From: Lachnospiraceae bacterium
GTDB taxonomy: Bacteria > Bacillota > Clostridia > Lachnospirales > Lachnospiraceae
Direction of reading: 5' to 3'
Length of the DNA: 64,000 bases
Assembly (NCBI GenBank): GCA_011959105.1
Contig: BLLU01000197.1
Span: 6,350 to 70,349 of the forward strand
The position numbers and the translations under genes were made by a program. Below, piece after piece: positions 52,489 through 62,208 of this stretch. Below the pieces are notes generated by a model. That model did not search any database, was not told the DNA's origin, and saw only the letters and a list, made by a program, of their open reading frames with translations. The first letter of the stretch is position 1. Every line of letters starts with the position of its first letter.

Positions 52489-54710
52489 TCTCTGCCGGTC
52501 TCATTCAAATACATCTGCACCCGGCTGTGCAAAGCCTCCACAGCTTTTTCCAGGGATCTGTCGCCTGCAAAATAGGGTTCCAGTTCCTCATATAAAATAC
52601 TCTCCAACTCCAGGGCATTGAATTTACCGGGCTGCGCCTGCTCCAGCAATTCCTCCAATGTCTCAAACTGTTCCTGACTTAAGCCATCCTCCTGCCAAGT
52701 CACAAACCCATCCCCATAAATCAGAGGAAGTTCCGATGCCTCCGCCCTATTCCGATCCTGCTCCACCAGATAGAAAATCGTACTGAGACGGACTGGCAAT
52801 CCAAAACTCATCTCGCCGGACAGGCATAACCTCTGCGCCTCTTCCGTGAGCATAAACTGCAAAAATGCCCTGATACCCTCAAGTTTGTCCGTAGCCTGGT
52901 TTACATACAGGCACTCTGCCCGGACATATACGCCCTTTCTGCCGATGCTGGTGGGGTATCCCACGAAGCAGGCCTCTCCACCAAAGAAGGTCTCCGCATA
53001 GTCCAACTGGCCCGGTCTGTCCATATGAAAATCCAGTCCCGCGATTTCACCGCTCTGCAGCTTGGAAAGTACTTCCGCGGATTCATAATTTCCTCTGTCC
53101 GCATACTCTTTCACAAACTCTAGCAATTCCATAAAAGGCTGTTCGTTCAGATGACTTTCTCCGGCTTTCCAGTCTATATAAGCCGTGTTTTCATTATCGT
53201 AGAGTCCGCATTTCATCAGAATGTCATGGGCATTATATTGGGAAAAATACCAATACAGCGTCTTGGCCTCCGACTCCCCCACGGCCTGTATCATCTCCTC
53301 CACTGTCCAGGATTGGCGGTCTCCCGCTATCTCCCGGGAACATACCAGAGTGCTCAGACTGCAGGAATAGGGAATACCGTATGTGACTCCTTCCACTTTA
53401 CCGTTTTCCAGCGCCGCGTTCAGAAACAGAGAAGGATCCTCAACAATCCCCTCCATCTCCCGGATATAGCCCTGTGCGGCATATTCCTCCGCCTCCAGAG
53501 GTGTCAGAAGAAACAGATCCGGCCCTTTTCCGCCAGCGATCTCCATGGAAAACCGGGGATTGGGCTCCTCCAGGCTGTCCTGAATGGTAATGTGATACAG
53601 TGAATTCTGGCGGTTAAACCGGGTGACAAGCTGCTGCAGAAATATACTCCCATGCCCGTACAAAAGGATTTCCTGTTGCTCGGATGTCTCCCCCTGCGCC
53701 AGCCGTTGCAGCGTCATAAGACACTGGGCCCCGTCCAGAGTCGCATAGCACAGTATGGTTCCGTCCTCCTCCACCCGGATGCCGTGCAGCTCCTGGGGCA
53801 GATAACCGCTGTCCCCAAAATCCAGAATCTGCCGGGGGACATCCGCCTGGACCCAGATCCCCTGGACATCGGCATAGTACAGAACACCCTCCGGCCCGCA
53901 GGCGATCCAAGACTCATAGGGCGCCACCACCTGGATGGATTCATAGGCGGACGGCTTGCCTGCGTCTTTCCAGAGACGCAGTTCTCCGGGACTGCCCCCA
54001 TACCAGAGCATGTCCCCTGTCACCGGATCACAGATCCCTCCTCTCAGATAAGCATCCAGCCGCTTCTGTCCCCGGCGTTTTCCGTCACTGTCACAGGTAT
54101 AGACGATTCCCTCCATATCATTGACAAAATAGAAGTCGCCCTGGGGATCCTGATACACCATGGCTTCTGCCATATCCTCCGGCCATTCCATCAGAAGAGT
54201 GCCATCTGTCCCGTCAAAATATCCCAGATAACTCTGCTCTTTCCCTTCCGCATAATAATCCGTAAGTCTCAGGAAAATCCCTTCTTCCGTGGCTCCCACC
54301 AGGGTATCAATGGTGATGTACCGCTCTGCCACCCATCCCGCTTTAGGCAACAGAATCTGTTCCCAGTTCCAGTTGTCCTCGCGGAAAATCTGTAACACGT
54401 TCTCATAGTAAAAATTGCTTTCGCTTTCATTCATAATAGCCAGAAACCGATAAATACAGCCGCTTTGGTAAACTCGTTTCCTCTCCAGTACCTGGCAATC
54501 CTCATGACCCTCCAGAATATCGCTCTCATAAAGCGCCTGGTCTGGGTTCGGAATCTCACGAAACTGTATGGAATAGTGATATTCCTGCTCCGCCTCTGAT
54601 TCAGACACAGCCTGCGGCGCATCTCCGCAGGCTGTTCCCAATCCGCACAGTCCCAATGCCAGAAGCAGGCAGAATTTCTTTTTTATTGACTGTAATATGC
54701 GAACTTTCAT
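52485..54710 (-). CDS. Lipoprotein with an N-terminal ~330-aa unknown (beta-rich) domain fused to an ABC substrate-binding domain (family 1 type)
   Basis: Lipobox LGTACG. The C-terminal half is SBP-like (ILLYGHGSIFLQQLVTRFNRQN...GKGPDLFLL...GIPYS). Confidence 0.7.
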   Translation of the reverse strand: MKVRILQSIKKKFCLLLALGLCGLGTACGDAPQAVSESEAEQEYHYSIQFREIPNPDQALYESDILEGHEDCQVLERKRVYQSGCIYRFLAIMNESESNFYYENVLQIFREDNWNWEQILLPKAGWVAERYITIDTLVGATEEGIFLRLTDYYAEGKEQSYLGYFDGTDGTLLMEWPEDMAEAMVYQDPQGDFYFVNDMEGIVYTCDSDGKRRGQKRLDAYLRGGICDPVTGDMLWYGGSPGELRLWKDAGKPSAYESIQVVAPYESWIACGPEGVLYYADVQGIWVQADVPRQILDFGDSGYLPQELHGIRVEEDGTILCYATLDGAQCLMTLQRLAQGETSEQQEILLYGHGSIFLQQLVTRFNRQNSLYHITIQDSLEEPNPRFSMEIAGGKGPDLFLLTPLEAEEYAAQGYIREMEGIVEDPSLFLNAALENGKVEGVTYGIPYSCSLSTLVCSREIAGDRQSWTVEEMIQAVGESEAKTLYWYFSQYNAHDILMKCGLYDNENTAYIDWKAGESHLNEQPFMELLEFVKEYADRGNYESAEVLSKLQSGEIAGLDFHMDRPGQLDYAETFFGGEACFVGYPTSIGRKGVYVRAECLYVNQATDKLEGIRAFLQFMLTEEAQRLCLSGEMSFGLPVRLSTIFYLVEQDRNRAEASELPLIYGDGFVTWQEDGLSQEQFETLEELLEQAQPGKFNALELESILYEELEPYFAGDRSLEKAVEALHSRVQMYLNETGRD

Positions 54711-54826
54711 AATCTGACCCCCTGCACTATCCACTGCTGTAACAGGATAGACATTTCTTTATGTTTTGTTTTATTGTAGCATCAATCTAGTCTGGGGTCA
54801 AGCATTCCATATTTCGACATGCCGTC

Positions 54827-55879
54827 TCAGGGTTTAAAAAACGCCTCCACATCCGTGGCGTAACACCATTGCCCGGATGTAAACTTTCCAAAAATATACT
54901 TGTTGGAGGCGGACTCGCACATGGTGTACAGTTTGCCATCCACCACCACAATCTCTTCGGACATGGGCGCGATCACGCCGTCCGCCAATAGAGCCGCGCT
55001 GTCCAGCGCATACAGGGGCAGTTCCATGCCCAGCAGCGCTATATTCCCCTGTAATTGCAGCCGGGATTCGTCATACTGATAGATATGGGAAAATGCCGTG
55101 CCCCAGGAAGAGGACACATAGATCCTGTCCCCATCAAAACACATGCCCTGGGCCAGATCCGGCAGGGTATAGGCTCTCACGGGCGTGGGCATGATGCCAA
55201 ATTCCGCCTGCTCACTGAGGGCATATTCCACCCCCAGGGCCTGCTGATAATCCCCGGCCAGGGTGGTGTACTTGTGACTTTCCGGTGTCTGGTAGTTGGG
55301 ATTACGGTAAAATTCCCCCGTCACCAGGCGATTCCCCTCCACCGCCACAAAGGCCGGTCCGATATAATCCGTCTCCGATACCGCCGTATCGAAAGTCCCC
55401 ATGGCTGCCACGCTGTCTCCGTCTCCGGCGCCATAGAGATCCTCGCTGGAAAAGACCAGCAGCCTATGCTCCCCACCGTCCGCCACATAGACATAGTCTC
55501 CGTATCTGGCAATCCCTCCGGCATGGCCCGTATAGGCCGAGCCGTCCGGCAGCGCCATGCGAATGGTCTTATCGGGCTTTTTCGCCCCCGGCGCAATGAT
55601 ATAGATGGGCGAGGCAATGCCGTCTTTCTGATAGCCGTTCACCAGAAACCGATCCGTCTCTTCGTCATAGGCAATCCCCTGGGCCACAAACCCCCGGTTA
55701 CAGTCCGGAATCAAAAACCCCCGCTCTGAAGCCTTATAATAGTCCCTCACCGGAACCCGGAAATACAGCCTGGCTCCCAACAGAACCAATGCGATCAAGG
55801 CCGCCGGAACCCCCAAGGCCCACAGCAGATAATTCCACCAGGCAAGTTTCTTTTTTGTCTTCTCTCTTTTAACCGTCAT
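54827..55879 (-). CDS. Membrane-anchored hypothetical protein (beta-propeller-like ectodomain)
   Basis: N-terminal TM helix (WWNYLLWALGVPAALIALVLLGA). The rest is rich in G/D/Y beta-strand repeats. No family recognised. Confidence 0.55.
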   Translation of the reverse strand: MTVKREKTKKKLAWWNYLLWALGVPAALIALVLLGARLYFRVPVRDYYKASERGFLIPDCNRGFVAQGIAYDEETDRFLVNGYQKDGIASPIYIIAPGAKKPDKTIRMALPDGSAYTGHAGGIARYGDYVYVADGGEHRLLVFSSEDLYGAGDGDSVAAMGTFDTAVSETDYIGPAFVAVEGNRLVTGEFYRNPNYQTPESHKYTTLAGDYQQALGVEYALSEQAEFGIMPTPVRAYTLPDLAQGMCFDGDRIYVSSSWGTAFSHIYQYDESRLQLQGNIALLGMELPLYALDSAALLADGVIAPMSEEIVVVDGKLYTMCESASNKYIFGKFTSGQWCYATDVEAFFKP

Positions 55880-55903
55880 ATTTTCTCCTATCGGCTTTGT
55901 CCC

Positions 55904-56911
55904 TTAACCAAAGACTTCCCGCACCGCTGCTTCAAACTGAGCCATATTCCCGGCTTTACGAATCTTTTTCAGAGCTCTTTCCTTTCCGGGAAATGACTCT
56001 CCGAAATAGGACCACAACTCTTTCATCCTGAATAAGGCATTCTGCTCTCCTGACATGATTTCCCGATATCCCTCCAGCAATTCCTGATGAAAGGCCCAAA
56101 GTATCTCCCGATGCTGCTTTGCAGCCGGGATCTCTTCCTGAGCCTGCCGCCCGCTCTCCCATTGCCGAAGCTGCGCTGCCAAAAAGGGGTTTTTCAGCAC
56201 CCCTCTTCCCAGCATGACCCGCTGGATCTGCGGATACTTCTGCCTAAGCGCCCGGTACTCCGCCAGGCTGTGAATCTCCCCATTATAACAGATGGGGATG
56301 CTGCTTCCCGTTCGTTCCCAGCGCTCCAGAGCCAGTTCCACTCCCTCCCACCTTATGGGATGTTTATAAAAATCCCGCTGTATCCTGGGATGGATAATCA
56401 GTTCCTCCACCGGATATTTCTCATAAATCTCCAGAATTTCTTCCCAATCCTCCATATCCGACACCCCCAGGCGGGTCTTAAGGGAGATGGTCAGAGGACA
56501 GTTGGCGTAAATCTCTGCCAGGAAGGCGTCAAGCCGCCAGGTATAGCCCAGAAATCCCGCTCCCCTGCCCCGGCTGGCCACCGTGCCGGAGGGACAGCCC
56601 AGATTCAGGTTCACATGGCTATATCCCATCTGCCTCAGCCTGTCCGCTATCGCCAGAAAATCCTCCGCCCTGTTGGCCAGTATCTGGGGAATCAGCCGGG
56701 GCGGCCCGTCCACAGCGTTTCTGCCGGCATCCTGCCCCAGCAGAAATGCCGCATTATGCGCCGGAAGCACATCATTTAATTCCTTATGGTTTAAGCCCGT
56801 ACTGGCGATAAAGGGGGTGTAATACCGATCCATGCCCCCAAAATATTTTCTGTATGCATTACGGTATATATAACCCGTAATCCCCTCCATGGGGGCCAGC
56901 TCATACTGCAT
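55904..56911 (-). CDS. tRNA-dihydrouridine synthase (Dus family)
   Basis: MQYELAPMEGITGYIYRNAY... and NLNLGCPS. Confidence 0.85.
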   Translation of the reverse strand: MQYELAPMEGITGYIYRNAYRKYFGGMDRYYTPFIASTGLNHKELNDVLPAHNAAFLLGQDAGRNAVDGPPRLIPQILANRAEDFLAIADRLRQMGYSHVNLNLGCPSGTVASRGRGAGFLGYTWRLDAFLAEIYANCPLTISLKTRLGVSDMEDWEEILEIYEKYPVEELIIHPRIQRDFYKHPIRWEGVELALERWERTGSSIPICYNGEIHSLAEYRALRQKYPQIQRVMLGRGVLKNPFLAAQLRQWESGRQAQEEIPAAKQHREILWAFHQELLEGYREIMSGEQNALFRMKELWSYFGESFPGKERALKKIRKAGNMAQFEAAVREVFG

Positions 56912-57131
56912 CCTGTTGCTCCCGTTCCCGGGGTTCTTCCCCCGCCTCCTCATCCTCCAGGTCAAAAAGCTGTCCTGTGGCAAAGGGGCTGCCCACATCA
57001 CATCTACCGTGGTGGTATGCCTTCTCTGCGGCCCCTTCCTCCAGCGTCTCCGAAATCTCCACCTTTATACGGCCCACACCGGCCTCTGTCATGGCGTCCA
57101 ACATCTTTACCACATCTTCCGTTTGACTCAT
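56901..57131 (-). CDS. Small acidic hypothetical protein (76 aa), translationally overlapped with dus
   Basis: AGGAGG lies 8 nt before ATG 57131. The stop TGA overlaps the dus start region (ATGCAGTATGA). Confidence 0.45.
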   Translation of the reverse strand: MSQTEDVVKMLDAMTEAGVGRIKVEISETLEEGAAEKAYHHGRCDVGSPFATGQLFDLEDEEAGEEPREREQQDAV

Positions 57132-57249
57132 CAGGTCTACCTCCTGTTCTTTGGATTCTCCCTCTCTGGAAAAATTTACCTTCTGCAAACATATGTTCTG
57201 TGTGATATACTTTATATGTGGAACTCTTAATCAGAAAGGGGGAATTGAA

Positions 57250-57522
57250 TTGGAAAGCATTCTGTGCGTTGACATTCCGGTACAGATGATTTCCTGTACC
57301 GATACCAACGGAACAATTACGCCCATGCGGTTCCGGTTCCGCGATAAAACCGGGGAACTCGTCACCATAACCATAGACAAAATCCTGGCCCGGGACCAGG
57401 ACAGAAACCGGGTGGGGGCGCATTTTTCCTGCAGCGCCTGCATTTACGGCAGGCAGAAAACATTCCGGCTCCGATACAGCTATTTTTCCCACGAATGGCG
57501 TTTGTCCTGCCTGGGAGATTAA
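57250..57522 (+). CDS. Small hypothetical protein (about 90 aa), TTG start proposed
   Basis: SD AAAGGGGGA lies upstream. The sequence is LESILCVDIPVQMISCTDTNGTITPMRFRFRDKTGELVTITIDKILARDQD...FSCSACIYGRQKTFRLRYSYFSHEWRL. Confidence 0.45.
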   Translation: MESILCVDIPVQMISCTDTNGTITPMRFRFRDKTGELVTITIDKILARDQDRNRVGAHFSCSACIYGRQKTFRLRYSYFSHEWRLSCLGD

Positions 57523-57550
57523 AACCGATCACAAAGCACAATAGAACAAA

Positions 57551-57582
57551 GGGCTGTCACTCCAAGTGAGAACAGCCCTTTG
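57551..57582. terminator. Intrinsic terminator between the small ORF and secDF
   Basis: GGGCTGTCAC...GTGAGAACAGCCC followed by TTT. Confidence 0.55.
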
Positions 57583-57593
57583 CATATTTCCGA

Positions 57594-59882
57594 TTACTTA
57601 CCTGCCGTCGCCTTGGGCGGAAACTTTTTGCGCAGCACATACCACAGGGGACCTGCCAGACAGATGGAAGAGTAGGTACCGCAGAGGATGCCCACCATCA
57701 GAGGCAGCGCGAAATCGCGAATGCTGGTCACGCCCAGAATATACAGCACTGCCACCATGATAAAGGTGGTCAGGGAAGTGAAAATACTTCTGGACAGGGT
57801 CTGGGTGATACTCTTGTCCAACACTTCCTCCAGACTCTCCTTCCTGCCCATCTCCGCCATATTCTCCCGCACCCGGTCGAAGATCACGATGGTGGCGTTG
57901 ATGGAGTAACCCACGATGGTCAGCATACAGGCGATAAAGGTATTGCTGACGGATACTCTGGCCACGGCATAGAAAGCCAGCACCACCAGCACATCGTGAA
58001 GCAGGGCCGCCACGCCGGACGCTCCAAAGCGGATATCGCTGAAGCGGATTCGGATGTACACCAGCATACACACGATGGCCACCACCACCGCGATAATGGT
58101 ATCCCGGGTCATCTCGTCACTGATGGTGGAACTGATGGTCTCGGAAAGGATCTCCGACTCCTCCACCCCAAAGCGTTCCATAAACATCTGGTTCAGCGCC
58201 TCCCTCTGTTCCATATTCAGGGAGTCTGACTTAAAGATTACTTCGCTGCTGTCCTGCACCGTCTGAATCTGCACGCCGCTGCCGGTGATCTCCTCCACAT
58301 AGGGGACAATCTCGCTGTTGATCTGCTCCAAAGTCCTGCTCTCCGCAAAAGTCACCGTGGTAGCTGTACCGCCCTTAAACTCCAGGCTCAGATTCAGCGC
58401 GTCGCCGGAATTCACCTGATGCACGCCCATCACCACGAAGCCCGCCAGAATCAGTCCGGCGGAAATACCGAAGAAAAGTTTCTTATGCTTCAGCACCTGC
58501 AGCGCCCTGCGCTCCTTGCCGATGCCATACCACTTTGCGTCCTTGAGTCCCAGGGTATACAGGGAACTCATAATCAGCCTGGTGAGCACCAGCGCCGTGA
58601 ACATGGATAACACGATGCCCAGCGCCAGGGTCTGGGCGAAGCCCTTCACCGTACCGGGACCCAGCAGCCACAGCACCGCCGCCGCAATCAGGGTGGTGAT
58701 ATTGCCGTCCACAATGGCGGACAGGGCCTTGTCAAAACCGATCTTCATGGAAGACTTAACCGTCTTGCCGGTAGCCAGTTCCTCCCGGATACGGGCGAAA
58801 ATAATCACATTGGCATCCACCGCCATACCGATGGACAGGATGATACCTGCAATGCCGGAAAGGGTCAGCGTCATATCAAAGCCGTTGAGCAAAAGCACAA
58901 TCAGCGCCACATACATGCCCAGTCCCAGAGAAGAAGCCAAACCGGCAATAAAGTACACCGCGATCATAAACACAATCACAATCACCAGGCCGATGGCCCC
59001 GGCCTTCAGGCTTGTCTCAATGGCGTCTACGCCAAGCTGGGCGCCCACCACTTTGGAATGCAGTTCTTCCAGTTCCAGGCTCAATCCGCCGATACGGATG
59101 GTAGAGGCCAGCTTCTCCGCCTCCTCAAAATTCTTGGAACCGCTGATCTGGGCGCTGCCATCGCTGATCACCGCGCTCACTGTGGGCACACTGACAAAAT
59201 TCCCATCGTAATAGATGGCGATGCTCTTGCTGTTCACCCCATTATTATACGCCTCACGGGTAGCCTCCTCAAATTTGGACGTACCCTCCGGGGTCAGGGT
59301 CAGCACCACCACAATCTGCTGGTTCTGCATGCTGTCCGAACGGGTAGCCGCAGAAGCGTCCGCCACATCCGTGCCCTCCAGCACCACGCCGCCGTCCGCC
59401 ATGATTTCCTCTAAGCTGCGGTTTAAGTGATGCTCATATCCGTAGCTGCCGTCCGCCTGCATCACAAGCTGGGAACTATAGTTGTCCACACCGTCAGAGC
59501 CTGTCTGCTTGATAAAGTACAGGGCGCCGGGGCGTCCCAGATCCTGCAGGATTGCGTTGGCATCGGAAACGCCGGGGATCTCAATGTTGATACGATCCGT
59601 ACCCTCCTGATACACCACTGCCTCGGTACTGTAATTCCACACACGCTGCTGCAGTTTGGAGATGGTATCCGCCATATCCGTTGAACTGGGCTCCTCTTCT
59701 CCCACCACCTGATAGGTAATGCTGACACCTCCCGCCAGGTCCAGACCCAGCTTGATGTCTGAGGCACTTCCCCTGCCGCTGGCATCCACGCCGGCGATAT
59801 CCACATAGGTGATCCCCGCCAGAGCCAGCATCATCACGATCAGAATAACAATCGCTTTGCTTTTGGTCATGTTCTTAATCAT
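57594..59882 (-). CDS. secDF: Fused protein-export membrane protein SecDF
   Basis: 762 aa, with the SecD periplasmic domain followed by two 6-TM RND-like halves (GIAGIILSIGMAVDANVIIFARI and VAALLHDVLVVLAF). Confidence 0.9.
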   Translation of the reverse strand: MIKNMTKSKAIVILIVMMLALAGITYVDIAGVDASGRGSASDIKLGLDLAGGVSITYQVVGEEEPSSTDMADTISKLQQRVWNYSTEAVVYQEGTDRINIEIPGVSDANAILQDLGRPGALYFIKQTGSDGVDNYSSQLVMQADGSYGYEHHLNRSLEEIMADGGVVLEGTDVADASAATRSDSMQNQQIVVVLTLTPEGTSKFEEATREAYNNGVNSKSIAIYYDGNFVSVPTVSAVISDGSAQISGSKNFEEAEKLASTIRIGGLSLELEELHSKVVGAQLGVDAIETSLKAGAIGLVIVIVFMIAVYFIAGLASSLGLGMYVALIVLLLNGFDMTLTLSGIAGIILSIGMAVDANVIIFARIREELATGKTVKSSMKIGFDKALSAIVDGNITTLIAAAVLWLLGPGTVKGFAQTLALGIVLSMFTALVLTRLIMSSLYTLGLKDAKWYGIGKERRALQVLKHKKLFFGISAGLILAGFVVMGVHQVNSGDALNLSLEFKGGTATTVTFAESRTLEQINSEIVPYVEEITGSGVQIQTVQDSSEVIFKSDSLNMEQREALNQMFMERFGVEESEILSETISSTISDEMTRDTIIAVVVAIVCMLVYIRIRFSDIRFGASGVAALLHDVLVVLAFYAVARVSVSNTFIACMLTIVGYSINATIVIFDRVRENMAEMGRKESLEEVLDKSITQTLSRSIFTSLTTFIMVAVLYILGVTSIRDFALPLMVGILCGTYSSICLAGPLWYVLRKKFPPKATAGK

Positions 59883-61278
59883 GTTGTTCTTCCTCCATAT
59901 CGCTTTCGGCCGCCTTTAACATGATGGCGCATTCCACACGTTTCTTCTGTAATTCACAGCCGATTTCGTAGGCGCCGTTGATGTCTCCGCTGAAATTGTA
60001 GGCATTGGCCGCGCAGCCGCCGCTGCAGTAAAATTTGGCAAAGCATTTTCTACACTTGTCCTTTGCGTAGACATTGCAGCATTTAAACAGATCCCTTACG
60101 GCCGTGTTGGTGATTCCCTCTTCCACATTGCCCAGAAGGAATTTCTCCTGCCCTACGAACTGGTGGCAGGGATAGAAGTCCCCCCAGGGGGTTACGGCCA
60201 GGTATTCCGTACCGGAGCCGCAGCCTGACAGGCGCTTGGCCACACAGGGACCGCCCTCCAGGTCTATCATAAAGTGAAAGAAATTAAATCCCCTTCCTTC
60301 TTTTCGGCGTTCTATCATCTCCCGGGCCAGCTTGTCATACTCCTCCAGCAGCCGGGGCAGATCTTCCTTGCGTATGGCGTAGTCATCCTGGGGCTGGGCC
60401 ACCACCGGCTCCACCGAAATCTGCCGAAATCCCAGATCCGCCAGATGCTTCACATCTTCCGAAAAATCCAGATTATAGTGAGTGAAGGTCCCCCTTACAT
60501 AATAGTTCATCTGATTCCTGGTTTCCGCCACCTTCTGAAACTTGGGAACGATCAGGTCATAGCTGCCCTGCCCTTTCCGGAAGGGACGCATCCTGTCGTG
60601 AACCTCCCTGCGGCCATCAATGCTGCACACCACATTGGCCATCTCCCGGTTGGCAAATGCCAGCACCTCATCGTCCAGGAGAACACCGTTGGTGGTCAGG
60701 GTGAAACGGAACTTTTTGTTGTTCGGCTCCTCCAGGCTGCGTCCATAGGCCACCAGGTCCTTTACCACCTGCCAGTTCATCAGGGGCTCACCCCCGAAGA
60801 AATCCACCTCCAGATTTACCCGGCTGCCGGAGTTGGCCACCAGGAAATCCAGCGCCTTTTTCCCCACTTCAAAAGACATCAGTGCCCGTCTTCCGTGGTA
60901 CTCCCCTTCCTCCGCGAAGCAATACCGGCAGGCCAGATTGCAGTCATGGGCGATATGCAGACACAGGGCTTTCACCACAGTCTGTCGGTTCTTAAAGTCA
61001 AACACGTAATTCTCGTAGACATCCGGCGCGAACAGCTGCCCGGCCTCCTGCAATTCCAGCACTTCCTCCAGGGCTTCCCCCAGTTCCTCCCGGCTGAATC
61101 TGACATCCGCCAGGTTCAGTACCGCCGCCCGTATCGTGGCCGCGTCCCGGATGCCCTCGTTTACCAGAGGCTCTATCAGGGAGATTACATGATATACGAT
61201 CTCGTCTACCACATGGATGGAACCGCTGTTCACATCCATGACAATATTGTAGCCGTTATTTTTAAACTGATGTATCAC
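59875..61278 (-). CDS. scfB: Radical SAM/SPASM thioether-forming SCIFF peptide maturase
   Basis: CNLACRYCF radical SAM motif. C-terminal SPASM Cys clusters (CGSGTEY...CHQF...CRKCFAKFYCSGGC). It lies directly downstream of the SCIFF precursor. Confidence 0.9.
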   Translation of the reverse strand: MIHQFKNNGYNIVMDVNSGSIHVVDEIVYHVISLIEPLVNEGIRDAATIRAAVLNLADVRFSREELGEALEEVLELQEAGQLFAPDVYENYVFDFKNRQTVVKALCLHIAHDCNLACRYCFAEEGEYHGRRALMSFEVGKKALDFLVANSGSRVNLEVDFFGGEPLMNWQVVKDLVAYGRSLEEPNNKKFRFTLTTNGVLLDDEVLAFANREMANVVCSIDGRREVHDRMRPFRKGQGSYDLIVPKFQKVAETRNQMNYYVRGTFTHYNLDFSEDVKHLADLGFRQISVEPVVAQPQDDYAIRKEDLPRLLEEYDKLAREMIERRKEGRGFNFFHFMIDLEGGPCVAKRLSGCGSGTEYLAVTPWGDFYPCHQFVGQEKFLLGNVEEGITNTAVRDLFKCCNVYAKDKCRKCFAKFYCSGGCAANAYNFSGDINGAYEIGCELQKKRVECAIMLKAAESDMEEEQHD

Positions 61279-61389
61279 GATAACTTATCCTCTCAATGTT
61301 TACTGCCCTTCTCACACCAAGCAGCCCCGAAATGCCATTGCACTCCGAGGCCGCCCGCTCATGTCGGCAAAATAATTTCCGATACCGAC

Positions 61390-61533
61390 TTATTTAATCT
61401 TCTCACAGCTCTGATTGCCCACTGTACAGGAAGTCTTGCACGCAGACTGGCAGGAGGTCTGGCATTCGCCGCAGCCGCCCTTCTTCATGGACTCCTTCAT
61501 ATTTCTGGTTGTTAATGTTTTAATGTGCTTCAT
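61390..61533 (-). CDS. scfA: SCIFF (six-cysteines-in-forty-five) ribosomal peptide precursor, 47 aa
   Basis: Not in the ORF track because it is under 60 aa. My translation gives MKHIKTLTTRNMKESMKKGGCGECQTSCQSACKTSCTVGNQSCEKIK. SD AGGAGG lies upstream. Confidence 0.85.
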   Translation of the reverse strand: MKHIKTLTTRNMKESMKKGGCGECQTSCQSACKTSCTVGNQSCEKIK

Positions 61534-61713
61534 AGAAATAGCCTCCTGTCGTTTTACCACTGCGCCCGGCGCAGCTTTCCTTTATTTGCCTCTTCGTGCA
61601 TACCGCGTCCCTGACCCGGAACACGCCCTGGGCGCGATGGCATACCCGCGCATCCAAACTTTATGTATTATAACATATAATTAAGATTTGTAAAATAGTT
61701 TTTTACAAATTTT

Positions 61714-62100
61714 TCAACTGAGCATCCCGCCCAGCATACCTCCCCCGCCGCAGAGCACCAGAGTGGTGAGAAGGGAATTGGCCAGCACGCCGGGCTGCCG
61801 GTTTACGATCAGGGAAACCACCACCAGTATCAGGAAGTAGGCCAGACCCATCAGCGCCCCCCAGAGAAATTTCCTGTTTTTCAGCTTTTTACCGGTGATA
61901 AATCCCGCGAAAAAGGTGGCCAGCACATAAATCACGATGATACAGATTGACACCACCTTCTGCGACAGGCCCACCTTGTACAACAGCAGTGCCAAAAGCA
62001 GCAGCAGGCCGCCGGTGAGTATGTAGGAAAACAGCAGGCTCTTCAGTAGGAACAGCACCGGAATCTCCCCCCATTTTCCCTGTCTGCCTTCATTCATCAT
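61714..62100 (-). CDS. TIGR04086-like small polytopic membrane protein
   Basis: Four hydrophobic helices. The position next to the SCIFF cassette is typical of this family. Confidence 0.65.
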   Translation of the reverse strand: MMNEGRQGKWGEIPVLFLLKSLLFSYILTGGLLLLLALLLYKVGLSQKVVSICIIVIYVLATFFAGFITGKKLKNRKFLWGALMGLAYFLILVVVSLIVNRQPGVLANSLLTTLVLCGGGGMLGGMLS

Positions 62101-62208
62101 AAAATCCTCCTTATATTATATATTATGTTCCCCACTGTGAGCATATTGACTTTTGATTAATTATATTATATTATTCTTAGTAAAATTACAAAAAAGGAGT
62201 GGTTTATT

